Assembly: GCA_030141605.1 (NCBI GenBank)
Contig: JAQGDQ010000041.1
Span: forward strand, 496,001-560,000
Length of the DNA: 64,000 nucleotides
Reading direction: 5' to 3'
From: Tubiluchus corallicola
Taxonomy: Eukaryota > Animalia > Priapulida
Shown here: piece after piece, positions 12,783 to 26,500 of the stretch
Numbering within the stretch: position 1 is the first letter of the stretch
Layout: each line of letters starts with the position of its first letter
Program-made: the position numbers and the translations under genes
Notes under the pieces: model-generated
What the model was told of the DNA's origin: nothing
Database searches by the model: none
Seen by the model: only the letters and a program-made list of their open reading frames with translations

Positions 12783-12812
<30 letters not shown>
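12783..12812. repeat. (AT)n microsatellite
   Basis: About 15 AT units. Confidence 0.95.
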
Positions 12813-12814
<2 letters not shown>

Positions 12815-14640
12815 CTTCTAGTTACGTAAAACAACAGGAAAGTAACGAGTGTAAACCATATTGATACATAGTTAAAATTCCACTTAAAGGTGAAATTTTT
12901 TCAAGTGTTCACGCTTTCAATATAAAGTTTTTAATTTCTAATCATTTAAAAGTAAATCGTATTTCGATTCTTTGCGATTTTTCTACTCCACAGTTTCTCT
13001 AGGGAGGTTCATGTTAATGACAATACAGTCATGCTTCATGCCTTCAACGCACCTATTCTCTTACGAAATTAAACAAGTCATTTTCAGTTTCTCTTTGCAG
13101 AGAAAAGCACAAAGCGGCAGTATTACCTAGGGGAATTCTGAGCCGTTTGCAAAACAAGTCTTTGAAATCTGCACCATCTTTGAACGGTTTTGTGATAATC
13201 ACAGAGTATATATTTAATACGTAGTGGTTCATATACAGCTGTAGTGCTGCAAAACATCCTTATGTGCCTTAGAATTTTTTCCAGATCGAATATTTTCTCT
13301 ACAACGTGGCTTATTAGGTAAAATTTTCTGTAAAAAAAGCATTAACTAAATTAACACTACTCTTTGCACTTACGATTAAGTAAATTATCACAATTTTAAA
13401 ATCTACTTCTACTGCATAAATAGAAGTCAATGCAAAACTTCAAAGGGCATACAACTTCGAAACTGCTAAGAGCTGCCTCACCAAATTTATATAGGAAGGT
13501 ATAGTAGAATACGGGGCTCATATTTTAGTGGGGTAGTCACTAATCGGTTGAATGAGTGGTTCGATGCTAGTGATAGATTATAATTCAAAAGCTTTAAAGA
13601 ACTGGACAAGGGTAATCTACAGACGGGAGACAGACCGACGACCTCAAGTGGTTAGTCTAGCTGGTTCAGTTAGCCAGTGCTTTAAGCCACCTGAAATGCT
13701 CGTGTTGTTAATTTTGATTGTGCATTTCGTTGAAAGAAGCAGTCTAGCGCCAAAGTTTTTTACAAGTATAACGCATTAGTGTGATGCAAATTCACAAAAG
13801 CTTAATGTACCATTTTCTCACGAACCGAGTTTAGTGCTTGCACTTTAAGTAATGTTGAAACCTCATATTATCCAGCAGTATTTAGGGGCACGGTGATATA
13901 TACGCCAGTGTTAAAATTCATCTATTCCTCTGAAATCTAACAGACTGGAAGTACAACTTTGGTAACATCAATCAGCTGCATCATTAACGTTTGCAATAAG
14001 CAAGTCTTTTCCTATAATGACTAGGAAGCTCTGCTTGCAGGTTGCGAAGAAATCAGGTCTATTCAATAGCTGACTGGCTTATTCCAGCCACCTTTGTGTG
14101 CACAAATCTCCTGCTATTGATTTTGTATTGGTTTTACGTAAATCGAGACGATATTCACGGGTTTAATTCAGAGCTGCAGGTTGTCAGTTCACAGGGAGGA
14201 AGACACAGAACCATCTTTCGGTTAAAAAATATTATGTCCAAAGTCGCTATGCGCACAATTCGTACAATTTTTGCTAATACACTACAAGAAGTTTCCAAAT
14301 CAGGATAGAAATAAACGTGGCTCAAGAATAAGTAGGTACGGCAAAAATTCAGCAGTACCAACACTAGCTAGTCAGGTTTGCTTTTCCCAGTGTCCATGCT
14401 AAAACGGAGGGCATTCAAATGGCTTTCTCGTTAAGTCAACTGTCCTGGCTTAATTCGTTACTTCTTGAATTTTCATTTAGCATTATACCAACAGCCATAT
14501 AGAAATGCTCATTTCATCTCAAATTCGATTTTAGGTATACTTCTGGCTTTCTCAGCATGGTAACAATGTTAACTTACAAACTGGCAATTGACCGAAAACA
14601 AAGCACCAAATAGATAACAATTTATTTAGTTGCAAGTGGA

Positions 14641-14740
14641 GTGATCATCATCGTCATCATCACTGATGCCAAAATCGGCGTCGGGGTCGTTTTTACCACC
14701 ACCATGAGGGTCATCACCAGCATCGTTCTCATTTTCGTCA
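14641..14740. repeat. Degenerate (ATC/GTC/ACC)n tract
   Basis: atcatcatcgtcatcatcactgat...accaccaccatg. Confidence 0.6.
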
Positions 14741-16306
14741 ATAACAAGTTAATGATGTGGTATGACGTCGAAAACGAAAAATTAGACAAGGAATTTTGTA
14801 AACTTTCGTGTAGCCAGTATGTGATAGTAAATATTAATTATATATTACTCATTAAGCGGTAATACCTACTAACAAGTAAAAGGTGCCCCTTCTAGAAGTC
14901 ACTCGCTAGGTCAGCAACAGGATCAATATTATAATGACAAGGGAAAAATAAATGGCCAAAAAATTCAATTGACAAGCAAAGCAAACTAAGCACAGAGCGG
15001 AAAATTATATAAAATTTCAAACTGTTTCATTGCTTTTTTTTTAGAAAATCCATCAAATCACTTACTACAACATGCATGTACAAAGCGCTGATAATATCAG
15101 CATATTATGGGAATGTGCAACTGTGTGCTAAAGCGGCAATTAGGAGACGCAAAATGGTGCAAGGAAAACAGTCTGGACACAGAGCGAATGTTATTACAGG
15201 TAACGTGAATAAACAGCATAGGACAGCAGCAACGTTAGTAAATATTAAATTATCGGTTCATATCGACTTGCTGCTGAGAATGGCACAACCTGTGCAAATA
15301 GAGGAGCAGGGAGAGAGGAGGAGACGGAAAGATAGAGAAAGAGAAGTAAGACAGCATCTGTATTGACAAGATAATTGAAGTTTGATGTGTGGTATGTTTG
15401 AAGCCACTTGAGAAATTTACGTGCGTGCGCCTCCCGCCCCGTGACAATAGGTGTGGCTTCTTTTAGCAGTGTATGATGTTTTGATAGTGCGATTAAAAAA
15501 CAAAAGCTTCAGTAAAGGAATTAAAGGAAAACCGGACCAATCTCAGATTACAGCTATAAACAATTCACCCTATGAAATACTGAAAGGGAGCATACTACTT
15601 TTTCAAGAATGAAAAACGTAATTTCGCACTCGCGCGGCTGGTTCTTTGCTGTTAATTGCATTTACATAGTTGTATTTACATATTCGCATTACTTTGCTAG
15701 TTAATGGGTACCAGCGCTTGCATCTCGGAAACGCGTTGCACGAAAAACAGGTGCTATACCTCTCAGTTCAGCTTGTTCAGTTATGACGTAGTCCACACGT
15801 CCGAGAGATTATAACGGTATACTTGAAATTTGAATTCTAACCCTAAAATTTGCCAAGTTTTTGTTTACTACACTAAATGTTGCACAGTAGCACTGTACTT
15901 CAATTTTTGTTTTCGCAAACATGTGCAACACACTTGTGGAATTTTGTGCTATTGAAAATGGTGTTCATTTGTGACGTCATCACTAACTGGGATCGCCTGC
16001 CGTTAAATAACTTTTTAACGTATCATTTAATTATGTATACTTTTACCGTTTCAAAGCTGCGTAGGAATTGAAAATTATCCAGATTTCCTTTAAGAAAATA
16101 GGTTGAAAAAATTGAAATGATGACGAATCCGTCTATATATCACTAGAATTATAAAACAGCAACTATTTTCTAGTTAAAAAACCCCAAACTGAAAAATCAG
16201 AAATTTGCAATGCTTCAGTTCAAGCTAATTAATTTTATGAAAAAGACGAATTAACAAAACGAAAAGACAAAAATGCTAAAGATGTGTCTGGATTTTATAA
16301 ATTACG

Positions 16307-16355
16307 ACACACGCATGCACGCACGCACGCACGCACGCGCACACACACACGCACG

Positions 16356-16387
<32 letters not shown>

Positions 16388-16395
16388 CACACACA
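16307..16395. repeat. Compound (CACG)n/(CA)n microsatellite
   Basis: Directly visible. Confidence 0.95.
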
Positions 16396-17602
16396 AGGTG
16401 ACTGAAAATACTATTTCTATTATCAATTAGACAAATACATTAAAAAAGTAAGAAAACCATTTGTGGTGTGAAGCGATTAGTCAAGTTTCTGATATATTGT
16501 CTGCAACCAGTTCGTAAAAAATGGCACTCATTAACTACTGGCAAGTGCAGCGCTTTTAGCCTTTTATTGCGGTGTAAACCACAATAATGACGACACTGAC
16601 ATATATTATAAAATATGCAAAAATCGCTAGCACAGTGAAATGCAATTTGAAGATTACCGTTTTACTTTTCAAAATCAGTTCGCAGCTACTAAATAAACTG
16701 AAAATTTAAATTGCAAATTTAATTACTCGGCAGCGACAGGGGCTTTTGTGCTAGGCGCTCAGATGCACCTTCAATTCCAGTAATGAGTTGAGAAACTTCT
16801 GATAACCGCTACTATGCGCAGAATAATTAATTTAACCTGCTTAGGAAGCTGAGGAAAAGACAGGTTCTGTCAGGAGAGGATGAGGAATGATACAATCGCC
16901 ATCGCTATCTCTTTCCAACACACCTCATTATATTTCTCCACTCATTTCTGAACGGCGTATGCATTAAGACTGAAGGTGTTTTTATGGGTAATAAATTGCT
17001 CTATGCTGTCAGGTTGACTCTAAATTTTAAAGTCTAAAACTATTAACCAGGTTCTGCATAAGATGCTTTTAACGTTTAATTTCGTAAACTTTTTCGTACG
17101 TGTTTGCTATTAAATGGCGTTATAGTGGACTATAGTGGTAATGATGATCAATTTTAATCATACATAGACCCACGCAAATTACGCTAAATTGCTTATATAT
17201 TCCAAAGGCCTACAAAAAATCCAATCACCTATTTTAACTGTAAACAAGATCTTGCTAATTGACCACCACCTAACACAGTAAAATTAGCTGTAAAATATAT
17301 CAATAATTTTCAGATTTTTAATGACATTGCTTTGCAGAAATTAATTCATTTTATCTAAATGCCGCAAACTATTTGATGAAAAGTGCGCTGTTCTTGTGTT
17401 TTATCACGTGCTGCAAAGGTAAACAGTGAAACTGTTCATTATGAATTCCACGTGAGACAGGAGCGCCGCATCTTTGCAAACACATATCAACACAAATTTC
17501 TTCCACAAATACAATTTTAATGATAATTTTCCTTAATTAAATATCGGTTGTTTGCTAATGACAAACAGTGTATATCGATTGCACCTGCAAACCAAAACCA
17601 CG

Positions 17603-17616
17603 GTTGCCATAGCAAC
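17603..17616. promoter_or_regulatory. RFX X-box
   Basis: GTTGCCATAGCAAC fits the consensus GTNRCCATRGYAAC. Confidence 0.62.
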
Positions 17617-19038
17617 TACACCAAACAATGAAATATTGATAGAGATGAATTATCATGAGAAGGATGCTCAAGTTTTCTGGACCAAGAAGAAGGAATTTGG
17701 CAACAGCAACATCACTGCAATCAGTGTCTTTCTCAGTTATAAGAAAAACGTTTTCAATAAAGAACACGGAAAAGCACTTATGAGTTGAGTTGTCACTATA
17801 CTAACGATTACGTTTTGCCTTTTCGTTAAATTTATCTATGGAATGGGATATAGACGATGACCTACACAAGAAACTGAATCACTACAGTTGAAAAAACATC
17901 TTATGTATAGTGTGTCTCTTTTACAGCGTGAACATTTTTTTCATTTTTATTTCCAAATTTTACTTAGACTAAACTAAAGTAGTAGTTTTTCTGCTAAGTT
18001 AGAAAGGCATACACATGCTTATTACAAGGCCTGAATATTTTTAGGGACATACCTAATGTTACCTACTTAAAGCTGACAGATCATTCGTAAAGCATTAGTG
18101 TTGAACAGGTGCATAGGGTCTTTCATGTAAATGCTAAATCCATTCAGCGTCAAGTCAAAACGTCAAGATGTTATCAAAATGTCACCCCGGCGAACAAACG
18201 TATTAGACATGTTGTACAATGGTCGATAGAAACTCTTTTCATTTCGCTCTGATAAACAGGAGCTTCACGTTTTTGAAGTGACGCGGTGCTTTTTTACCTA
18301 ATGAAGATGCAAGATTAGATTATTGGATACACAATTCAATTCTATATGTGGCTCCTGTAATAACCGTGCGTTTCTCTTTTGCTTTCAACTTCCATTTACA
18401 TGGCTTCAATGCCGACAGTTTGTTTCACTTTATGGGTTTTAACGTACCTATTACCGGCTGTCAGTATTAATACTCCATGGTCATTTCTGGTCTTTTGTGT
18501 GGTTATTTGCATTTTCTTGTTGAAATTTATTTCCCGCACTTCCTGTTATTTCTGTTAAACTCTTTATTGCTCGGGGAAGTCACACACGCAGGGATTCGCA
18601 GGTAGTCATGTGGAACGTAGAAATATATATGGATTCCGCCTCATTTCTTCCGGCTTTACCTATTCATATGTTAATGAAATCGATTGGTTGCTGGGCTCTG
18701 AACTTAATTTGCCGGCGTTCTATGCCTCCTTTACGTCACCGAGGGTATTATAGAAATAGCAGGAGGATGTCGCTCGATTGCTGCTTGCTGATTGGTCATA
18801 ATGACTGCCTGTGTTACACCGGTGATTGCACATAATCATCATGTGGGTGCAGCAAACGAATCACCTATAATCACCTACATGCCGCGACTCATGTAAAAGC
18901 CTTTAAGAATCCATGCGCTATACTATCTTAAATGGAAGCAAATCCAGCGGAATATTAAACCGCTGGACTCTAAATTTCCTACATAATCCGGGTCCAGGGA
19001 GGACAAGAATCGATACGAATGTGGATTATTTTAGAATA

Positions 19039-19058
19039 TGACATGTCCTGACATGTTT
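19039..19058. promoter_or_regulatory. p53/p63-family response-element-like sequence
   Basis: TGACATGTCC-TGACATGTTT: two RRRCWWGYYY half sites, no spacer, one mismatch each. Confidence 0.45.
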
Positions 19059-22000
19059 CTTCTTGCGCAGGAATGCGAAATATGGCTGAATGCTGAATTT
19101 ATATTCTCTCCAAATCCGTCCATGGGGAATAGCAATACAAACAAACTGGCAATATGAGACGCTTTCACCTGAATCTTATCGCTGAAGCCAATGTGTGGTC
19201 AGGAATAACGACCCACTTGAGGAAGCCAATATATCAGTATTAGGACGAAGCAAAAATGTAAATGGTTTGATGCTGAAGATGATAATACGTGGCCATCATT
19301 GGGCGATTGTCAGTGAAATTTGCACACACTTTGGGAATCACAACCTGCACAAACAGCGCTCAAGCATTTGTGGCTTTCTACATTTCGCGGTGACCATGTT
19401 TGTCTTGGAAGCCAGGCTGTATTTACCCTGCCTCTTCACGTACCTATTTGTGTCAAATAGGTTTGCAAATATTGAGGTATACGTGTATTTATTAGTCGCT
19501 TGATAACTCCAACTCAGAGCAGCTCTTGTGCTTAGCGGTCTCGGCTGAGTCAAATAATGAAATTTTCTTCTTCCATATTTGAAGCTAAGCTACGTACATA
19601 GCGGGACAGCGTTGAAGTTATCTGCATGACAGCTCTGGCAAATCAAAACATTTTTATGAACAAAGAGAGTGTGAATTTGTGATTAGGGAAGTTTATCTTT
19701 CGCTTCACTAAGCTTTGTAAAATGCAGAAGCGCATTCACACAGCAGAAAGAGAAAGACAAAACACTGACTTATATTAACTGCTAGACCTTTTCGGACTCT
19801 AGTTTCTGTACCGGGCAAAATTTCCATTTGTCAGCAGCCACACACACGAAAATAGCAGGCATAGTATAGGGACAATTTATTTATCACATTCAAACCCATA
19901 TACGAGTAACGAGATAATTGTTGCCGACTGTAACTTTGAGTTGTTTTAACTGGTCGAGGCACAGAAAACATTAAAGACAATGACTTAATTATTAAATCAT
20001 TTAATTTAAAACATGAAAATCTAAACATAGAGCGCATTATTATTATATAGCTTTGAGGAGTGCATTAACTTCAAACCAGTAAGATAAACTCTAACCAGCT
20101 TGCATTAAAACACATTACGATGATGAAGCTGAACAATTTGCTTGTGGGTGAGTCTGAAGCAATCACTTATTGGAAATCCTTTGCAATCCTTTGATGACAT
20201 CTTCATGGATTCATACCTCTGCTGTGTAAACACTAAACCTGAGTACTTGGCTTCCTGCTTCATAACATAATTTGCAGCTGATGCTATTTGCTGCTGGCTG
20301 CCGAGAGCTGTACAAGTTTGTGCCAAAACCTTATTCAATTCTAGCATAACTTTATAAAGCAGTAACCTGAAAAAGCAAACTTCGGTCCTGACCCGATGAC
20401 AACTAGGGAGTAGTTCGTTTATTTTCTTGCATATTTTAATCATTGTTTCCATTGCCATTATAAGTTCCGCCGGTGTTTTGTGTTACAGTTCTTCTTTTAT
20501 AATTTATTTTGCCTGAATTAATCTTACTTTAACTGAATGGGTTACCTATACTGAAGGTATGTTACTTTAATCATGTGTTTTTTTTTACTTTTTGTTTGTT
20601 TACAAAACTTGCTTATTTATCTTGATAGCCTTCAGGTTTTATTTTTAACGTACGTGTTACACAGCAGCCAAAAAAATAAGAAGCAAAAAGAGTTATAAAT
20701 GGAGTTAGTTAGGCATATTAATCCAAAATTTTAAAGCTTTGCAGAGGTACGCGCATGCGTAATCGAGATGAAGCCCCGCCTACCTGAATAAACTCATCGA
20801 CTGCTCGTGATTCAGTGTAAAAGTACCTCGCGTTTACCAGGAAAATAATACTAAACATTCGCAGCGGCGACAATTTTCAACATCCAATCAAATCCCGGTG
20901 AAAAATATCTCTGAGGCTGTTTTCTTTCAATCTAAAATCTTTGGCTTTCAAACAGTCCGTAGATAAGTTGTTCATTTCCGAGCAGGTTTTCCGTAATTTC
21001 CTCGCTTCTCATCTCTGTGACTGAGAAAATAATGCAGGAAGAGCAATCCTGGAGATCTCTGCACCTTTCTCAACAAATATCATGTAATCAATGATGATTG
21101 CAAAGCGATTTTCAGGCAAGGCCATCAGTCTTTCTCTACTTTGTAAAGCAATAACTTAACTTACAACAAAACCCAATCTTTGCCGTGCTGAAAAAGCCGT
21201 GAGAATTATTGGGTAGTCTATTCTGTAGAAATTTTTCTTTGCCGAATTTTATTCACTTTATCGCAGTTTGACAAACGAGAAATGACGAAGAAAAACGTCT
21301 ATACATGCAGGTTTGTATGAAACAGAACGTTAAGTCATGTATAGGACGCCAATACAATTTAATTTTCGAAATTAATGTTTGTCACTTGGACTTTGTTTTA
21401 CTTTCTGTGCAGTTCTAATTTCTACCGCCCAAATGCTGGCAAGCAAATGGCTTTACAGAACCAATCATTTACACAAGTATTTACACATTTATACAGTTCA
21501 CTTTATACCTCAAATTTTTCAAAAGAAATGTTTTGTGAAATGCAAATCGATACTTGCGCTTAATTTATCCACAATTTGTTAAAATTCTTCGCAATAGCCC
21601 ATACTATTTTATTTGGGTATAAATTCAGTTTAGTTAAACCTCAGTGTGAAAGACAGCCATTAAAATCCCGAAAAATTTTATGCCCGCCGAGCTGAATTAC
21701 AAGATATTTAATGAATATGAATGAGACCCAATAGTTAGAGTGCGGGAGACCCCAGACAGGAACCAAATAATATTTAAAATTAGACAGCAATTACGATTGC
21801 ATTTTCATTGCCATAAAAGCAAAAGAGGAGGATTTAATCATGAAAACATGTAGCAAACTACCTCTATGTGACAAATAAATCATTCCTCTTCGCTCATAAC
21901 AAACTGTCCAAAATGATCGAAGCCCGTCTGTCTGGAACATACCAATAAACAGCGGAGGGAGTGGGTTACGTGGACACTTATTTTTATATACTTGTAAACG

Positions 22001-23489
22001 AAGATGACATTAAAATGTAAAATCTTTATTATTTTAAGTTTTAGTGTGATAGTAATAGCAGTGCTTTCTGATTATAGAACCACTCACGTACTTGAGGCGC
22101 ATAAATGGAAAATATTTACAGGATCCATTTCGTACCTCAACGAAAAATGCACAGACTAGTGTGGCAGAAGAGAATATTATTGTCAAGTATAATTATTGTA
22201 GTGTAATATACAGAGACATGTTTAGAGTGGTAATTAAACCACGTGCAGCACTTGACCCAATATTCTAGGCTCAGATTGGAAACTCCCACAGCATGTCACA
22301 GAAAATCATATTGAATTGATAGTAAAAGCACATTATTGTAATCATATTATTTTTGTAAACGTGTAAATACTTAAATAAGTTTACTGTTTAACCTCTACTG
22401 TTTCTTTTACTATTTCAATATGACGATTATACCCAGGTGTCGGTGCGCTTTGTGTGATGTGTGATTTTTTATGTATATTGTATTGTGCTGTTTGTCAGTA
22501 AACTATATGCTTGTATTTTACTATCACGTTCACACAGACAATTTTAGAACTAATTCAACTAGATTCAACCTGTCCATCTAAAAAAGAAGGTTGTGGGCGC
22601 TCGTCAGCTAAAATGATTAACTAAAAAAGCATTACAGATAAGGATATAGCTAATTCCTTAAACACAATGTGATTACTTGTTATTTCGTGCTAAGTAAATT
22701 TTCAATAGTTGTGATTTGTCTGCGTACTTTATTAATAGTTATTAACTAGTTCACATCACTTCAGTTCACGGAATCATGGGTTATAAAATCTCAAGCTTTT
22801 CCCTTTCAATCTACAAATGTCTACGATTGTTCAGGCACTTTTAAAGTGAACAATATAGCTGCAGTAACACCTCACTATCTATTCTTGTATTTATTCTTAT
22901 TTATTTACTTGTCTATCTGTTTACGTGTTTACATGCCTATTTATTTTATTTGTTTACATATTTTTTTATTCATTGTAAGCTTCATAATTCCTCTCATAAT
23001 TTGTAGAACATCAATCCTGTAACGCCTTTTCTGCATCAGGCCTAATTAAAGAAACTTAATTTCTGCGTCAGAAGCCGCTATAGATTAAAGCAGTGAGTGC
23101 TCCTTGTTTATCCACGACTATACATATAGGTTCTACACACTCGTGTTCGTGTAGTAAAGTCACTCTAATCCTCTTAAATGTTTTATGCCATCATAACTCC
23201 TTCTGTCGTTTGGCAAAATAAGCTGAAGAATTAGCATACGAAAATTGTGTGTGGCTATAAAGTCTATCGGTGATGCATTTACGGGCCGAGTCTTAATTAA
23301 ACTTGTCGCTACTGATGCTGAGCGCAAACTTTCTAATCGGGCCGAAGATTACACGCTTTATCCCGTCTTTTATGTCGGCTGCCTACCAGATGAAGTAGTA
23401 GGCTTATGCACAAAATATGATATTAGCTCATGTCACATGACTTTAGGCAAATGGCTAGTTCATTAGTGTTTGTATCTCTGCATACCGTT

Positions 23490-23595
23490 CTTGGTTAACT
23501 GATTGAACTGTTGGCTGATCAGTTTATTAGTTGGTAGGTTGGTTAGTGGATTAGCTCATTGGTTGGCTGGTTCGTTGATTGACTGGCTGGTTGAT
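23490..23595. repeat. Degenerate tetranucleotide tract (TGGT/TGGC/TGAT)
   Basis: ttggtaggttggttagtggattagctcattggttggctggttcgttgattgactggctggttg. Confidence 0.65.
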
Positions 23596-26500
23596 ATATG
23601 TAAACTAAGCAAATTTATTTAACGTATTTGTTTTGCTTCAATTAAATTTCTAGAACGTATTCGTAAGTTAATAAAAAGCCAAGCTTCAGTATACCGCTAC
23701 CTCGCCGGCTGCTGCTACCCATTTCATTTTCATTAAGTGGAAACGGTGAGATTGGAACTAAAGCAAAAATCAGAGCTAATGTTGATTTACACATCAGAGC
23801 AAGGAAAAGAATCAACAACATTTGCTTTTACTGCTGGCGTCAAACTCAATCCACGGCAAACACCTCAGCTGCGGAATACATTACAGAGCAGCGCCAAGCA
23901 AAATACGGGGCAAACTAGGGTTCTATATTCAGACCACACCTGTTTGATTTATAATGCATGTGATAACCGGATAATATAAATAAAAACTAGGAAAGATGCA
24001 TGACAAAAGAAGTTTCTATTCGTTGCAAGTTTGAAGCTACGCCTGTGATTCCGAACATGGCTCGTGAGTACAGGGAAATTCGATGTGCATTAGGCCATTA
24101 TTTGGCTTCATTATTAGGACCGTGCCTTCAAACTTGAACTGAGTACATATAATAATTTAAAAAACACCGCCGCCATAATACACGTGGAATAAAACAGTCA
24201 TTAAGGCTTTATATTCGGTAACTTTGGGTTTGCACCTGTTTGGTTCTAATGTTGCCGGTACAACCGCAAGGGCCGTAATCGCACAATACGGCGCCTGCAA
24301 ATGACTGAAAGGGTTAAAAAGAATGACACGTTGACGTCAGAAACCACAAAGCGTCCTGCCCGAATCAATTTCAGCATAATTTATGGCGATAAAAATACCG
24401 AATCACATTAAACTCGAGTTTGAAACGAATGAAACAGGCTCCTGTTATTGCTAGGAGTAGATCAATTAATGCGAAAACATCTTCCTCTTTTAATCCTGCT
24501 CGTCAAGGAAGCAGAGAGGCGCCACAATGTCGCCGCACGCAGAGCACTCAAGAAATTTATAAAATTTCTGCAGAGATGGACACAAAAGAAGCGATTATTG
24601 CACTCATTAACAACGCAGCGAGTCCAGGCAGGCAAACATTTAATGTAAAGAACATGAATATAAGTATTGTACAACTAGAAAGATTAAACTTAAAGAACTA
24701 CAAAGATTAAAATCGCAATATTTTTTCAACCAAGAACAGTGAAGCCCGATATGTAAATTTTTTCTTTAAATAAAATCGTATGTGATTCAAGACATATCCA
24801 GAAACATGTATAATGAAGAACCAAAAATATGAGGTAAAGGAAGGTTTTGTAAAAGCCTATACAGAAAAGTTTTCTCGTATAACAATCAAGTGTTGAAAAT
24901 TCGTTAGTTCATTTAAAATGACAGTAAGATACATATTCGAAAATGAAATAATAAAATACATGCTGTTTATGCATGTACAACAACGAAAAATTTTATTAAG
25001 GAAGCAATGGTTAATCCTCCCACCAAGTTACGTAATATGTAATCCTGTTATTAATCTGCTTAAATAACGCTTCTTTTGTAGGTAACGAATTGACACCTGT
25101 GGTGGATTCTAGGCACACTGAACCTCTATACAGAGTTCGAGATTTCAAACATCCACGAAGGGCACACACTGAGTAGAAAAATAACACATGTGCTAATATA
25201 AGTGTCACTGGGTTAGTAAATCGTGAAAACTAAAAATATAATGAGGGCTGATAATTTCCAGCAACTTACAGCATAGAGCTTCTTACGGCAAGAACGTAGC
25301 ATAGTGTTAAGCACATGCATCAATGCAAGTTTTTTTTGTTGGTGAACAGCTAAACTGCTGTGTGTATGAATTATGTCCATAGGTTTTAGTCAAGCATTCT
25401 TTGGGAACTAATTACGTTCATTAAGAATGAAACAAATCCAGGAACAGCAAGGGTGAAACGTTTTAATTTGAGTAAATAATAGTTAATTAAATAAGCAATC
25501 AAATAAACAACAACCGAATAAACAAAAGACTAAAATTTGTTATTAAATGTTAAGCAATATTTTGAATTATCTTTTCCATGCAGATTATATCAAGCGTGAA
25601 GCCACCAGAAGAAACTAACCAATGACGCACGAAGCCTAGTGCCCCACATGTACTGACGTAGAACACGAACTATTAGTCATGGTGCATTTCCTATAAATCC
25701 CCGTGAAAAGTGGTACATTTAGAATCAGTTTGATTACATAATCGCGGTTAATTGCTATTCCAGTCTATGTTACATACTTATTACACAGTTGGTTGCAGAT
25801 TAATTGCATTTCCAGTCACAGTTTCAGTAAAACTGATTGTTTACGAGCGTTACCCTCAACAAACAACATCAATATTTACTTATTATTCTTTCGTTTTAAA
25901 TAAATAAGCTGTATACTACATATACTATATAATAGTCACATCTTAATTTAAAACGGGTATATAATATTACTATAGAGTGTAGAATCAGACTGACGATGTC
26001 TGCGTCGGTTATGATTTTGAACAGTATTTTATTCTAATTCAAAACTGTGCTATTGAATAAAATGAGAATGTCGAAAATAAAGCTGACTTTAGAAATAAGA
26101 AATCTGTAAGAGGTTGTAAGCACAGACCATGCGCATGGACTTGTATATTAGAAGGCGCCATACACACTGTGTATGTACATAATGTTTCGTGTACAAAAAT
26201 GCACTGATATATAACCAATAACACATAAGCGGCTCTAACGGATCGTGTACTGCTATGTAAGGTGAGGTCTCACATCAGCTTTGCAATTTGCCACGTTGAG
26301 TCATTTGCATCTGAGTTCAAATCCTGGTGGACTCATACTTTTTCAACGCCACTTTCTTCATATAATTAGCCGTTAAATTAATTATTGCAAGCGCGATGTC
26401 TTTCTTTAAGTGTCACGTACGTAATGCCATTCACTGACAAGAAAAAACTCATAAGGCGATGGTCCTTTGATTTTATAAATTTCATAAAAGATTTTAAAGT

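Noticed and set aside
18455-18475. Minus-strand TAATACTGACAG resembling the miR-8/miR-200 5' end
   Set aside because: Only the first 8 nt match exactly, the 3' half differs and no precursor hairpin is evident.
20360-20380. TTTTTCAG|GTTACT as a ratchet point
   Set aside because: The regenerated donor is weak and the tract short.
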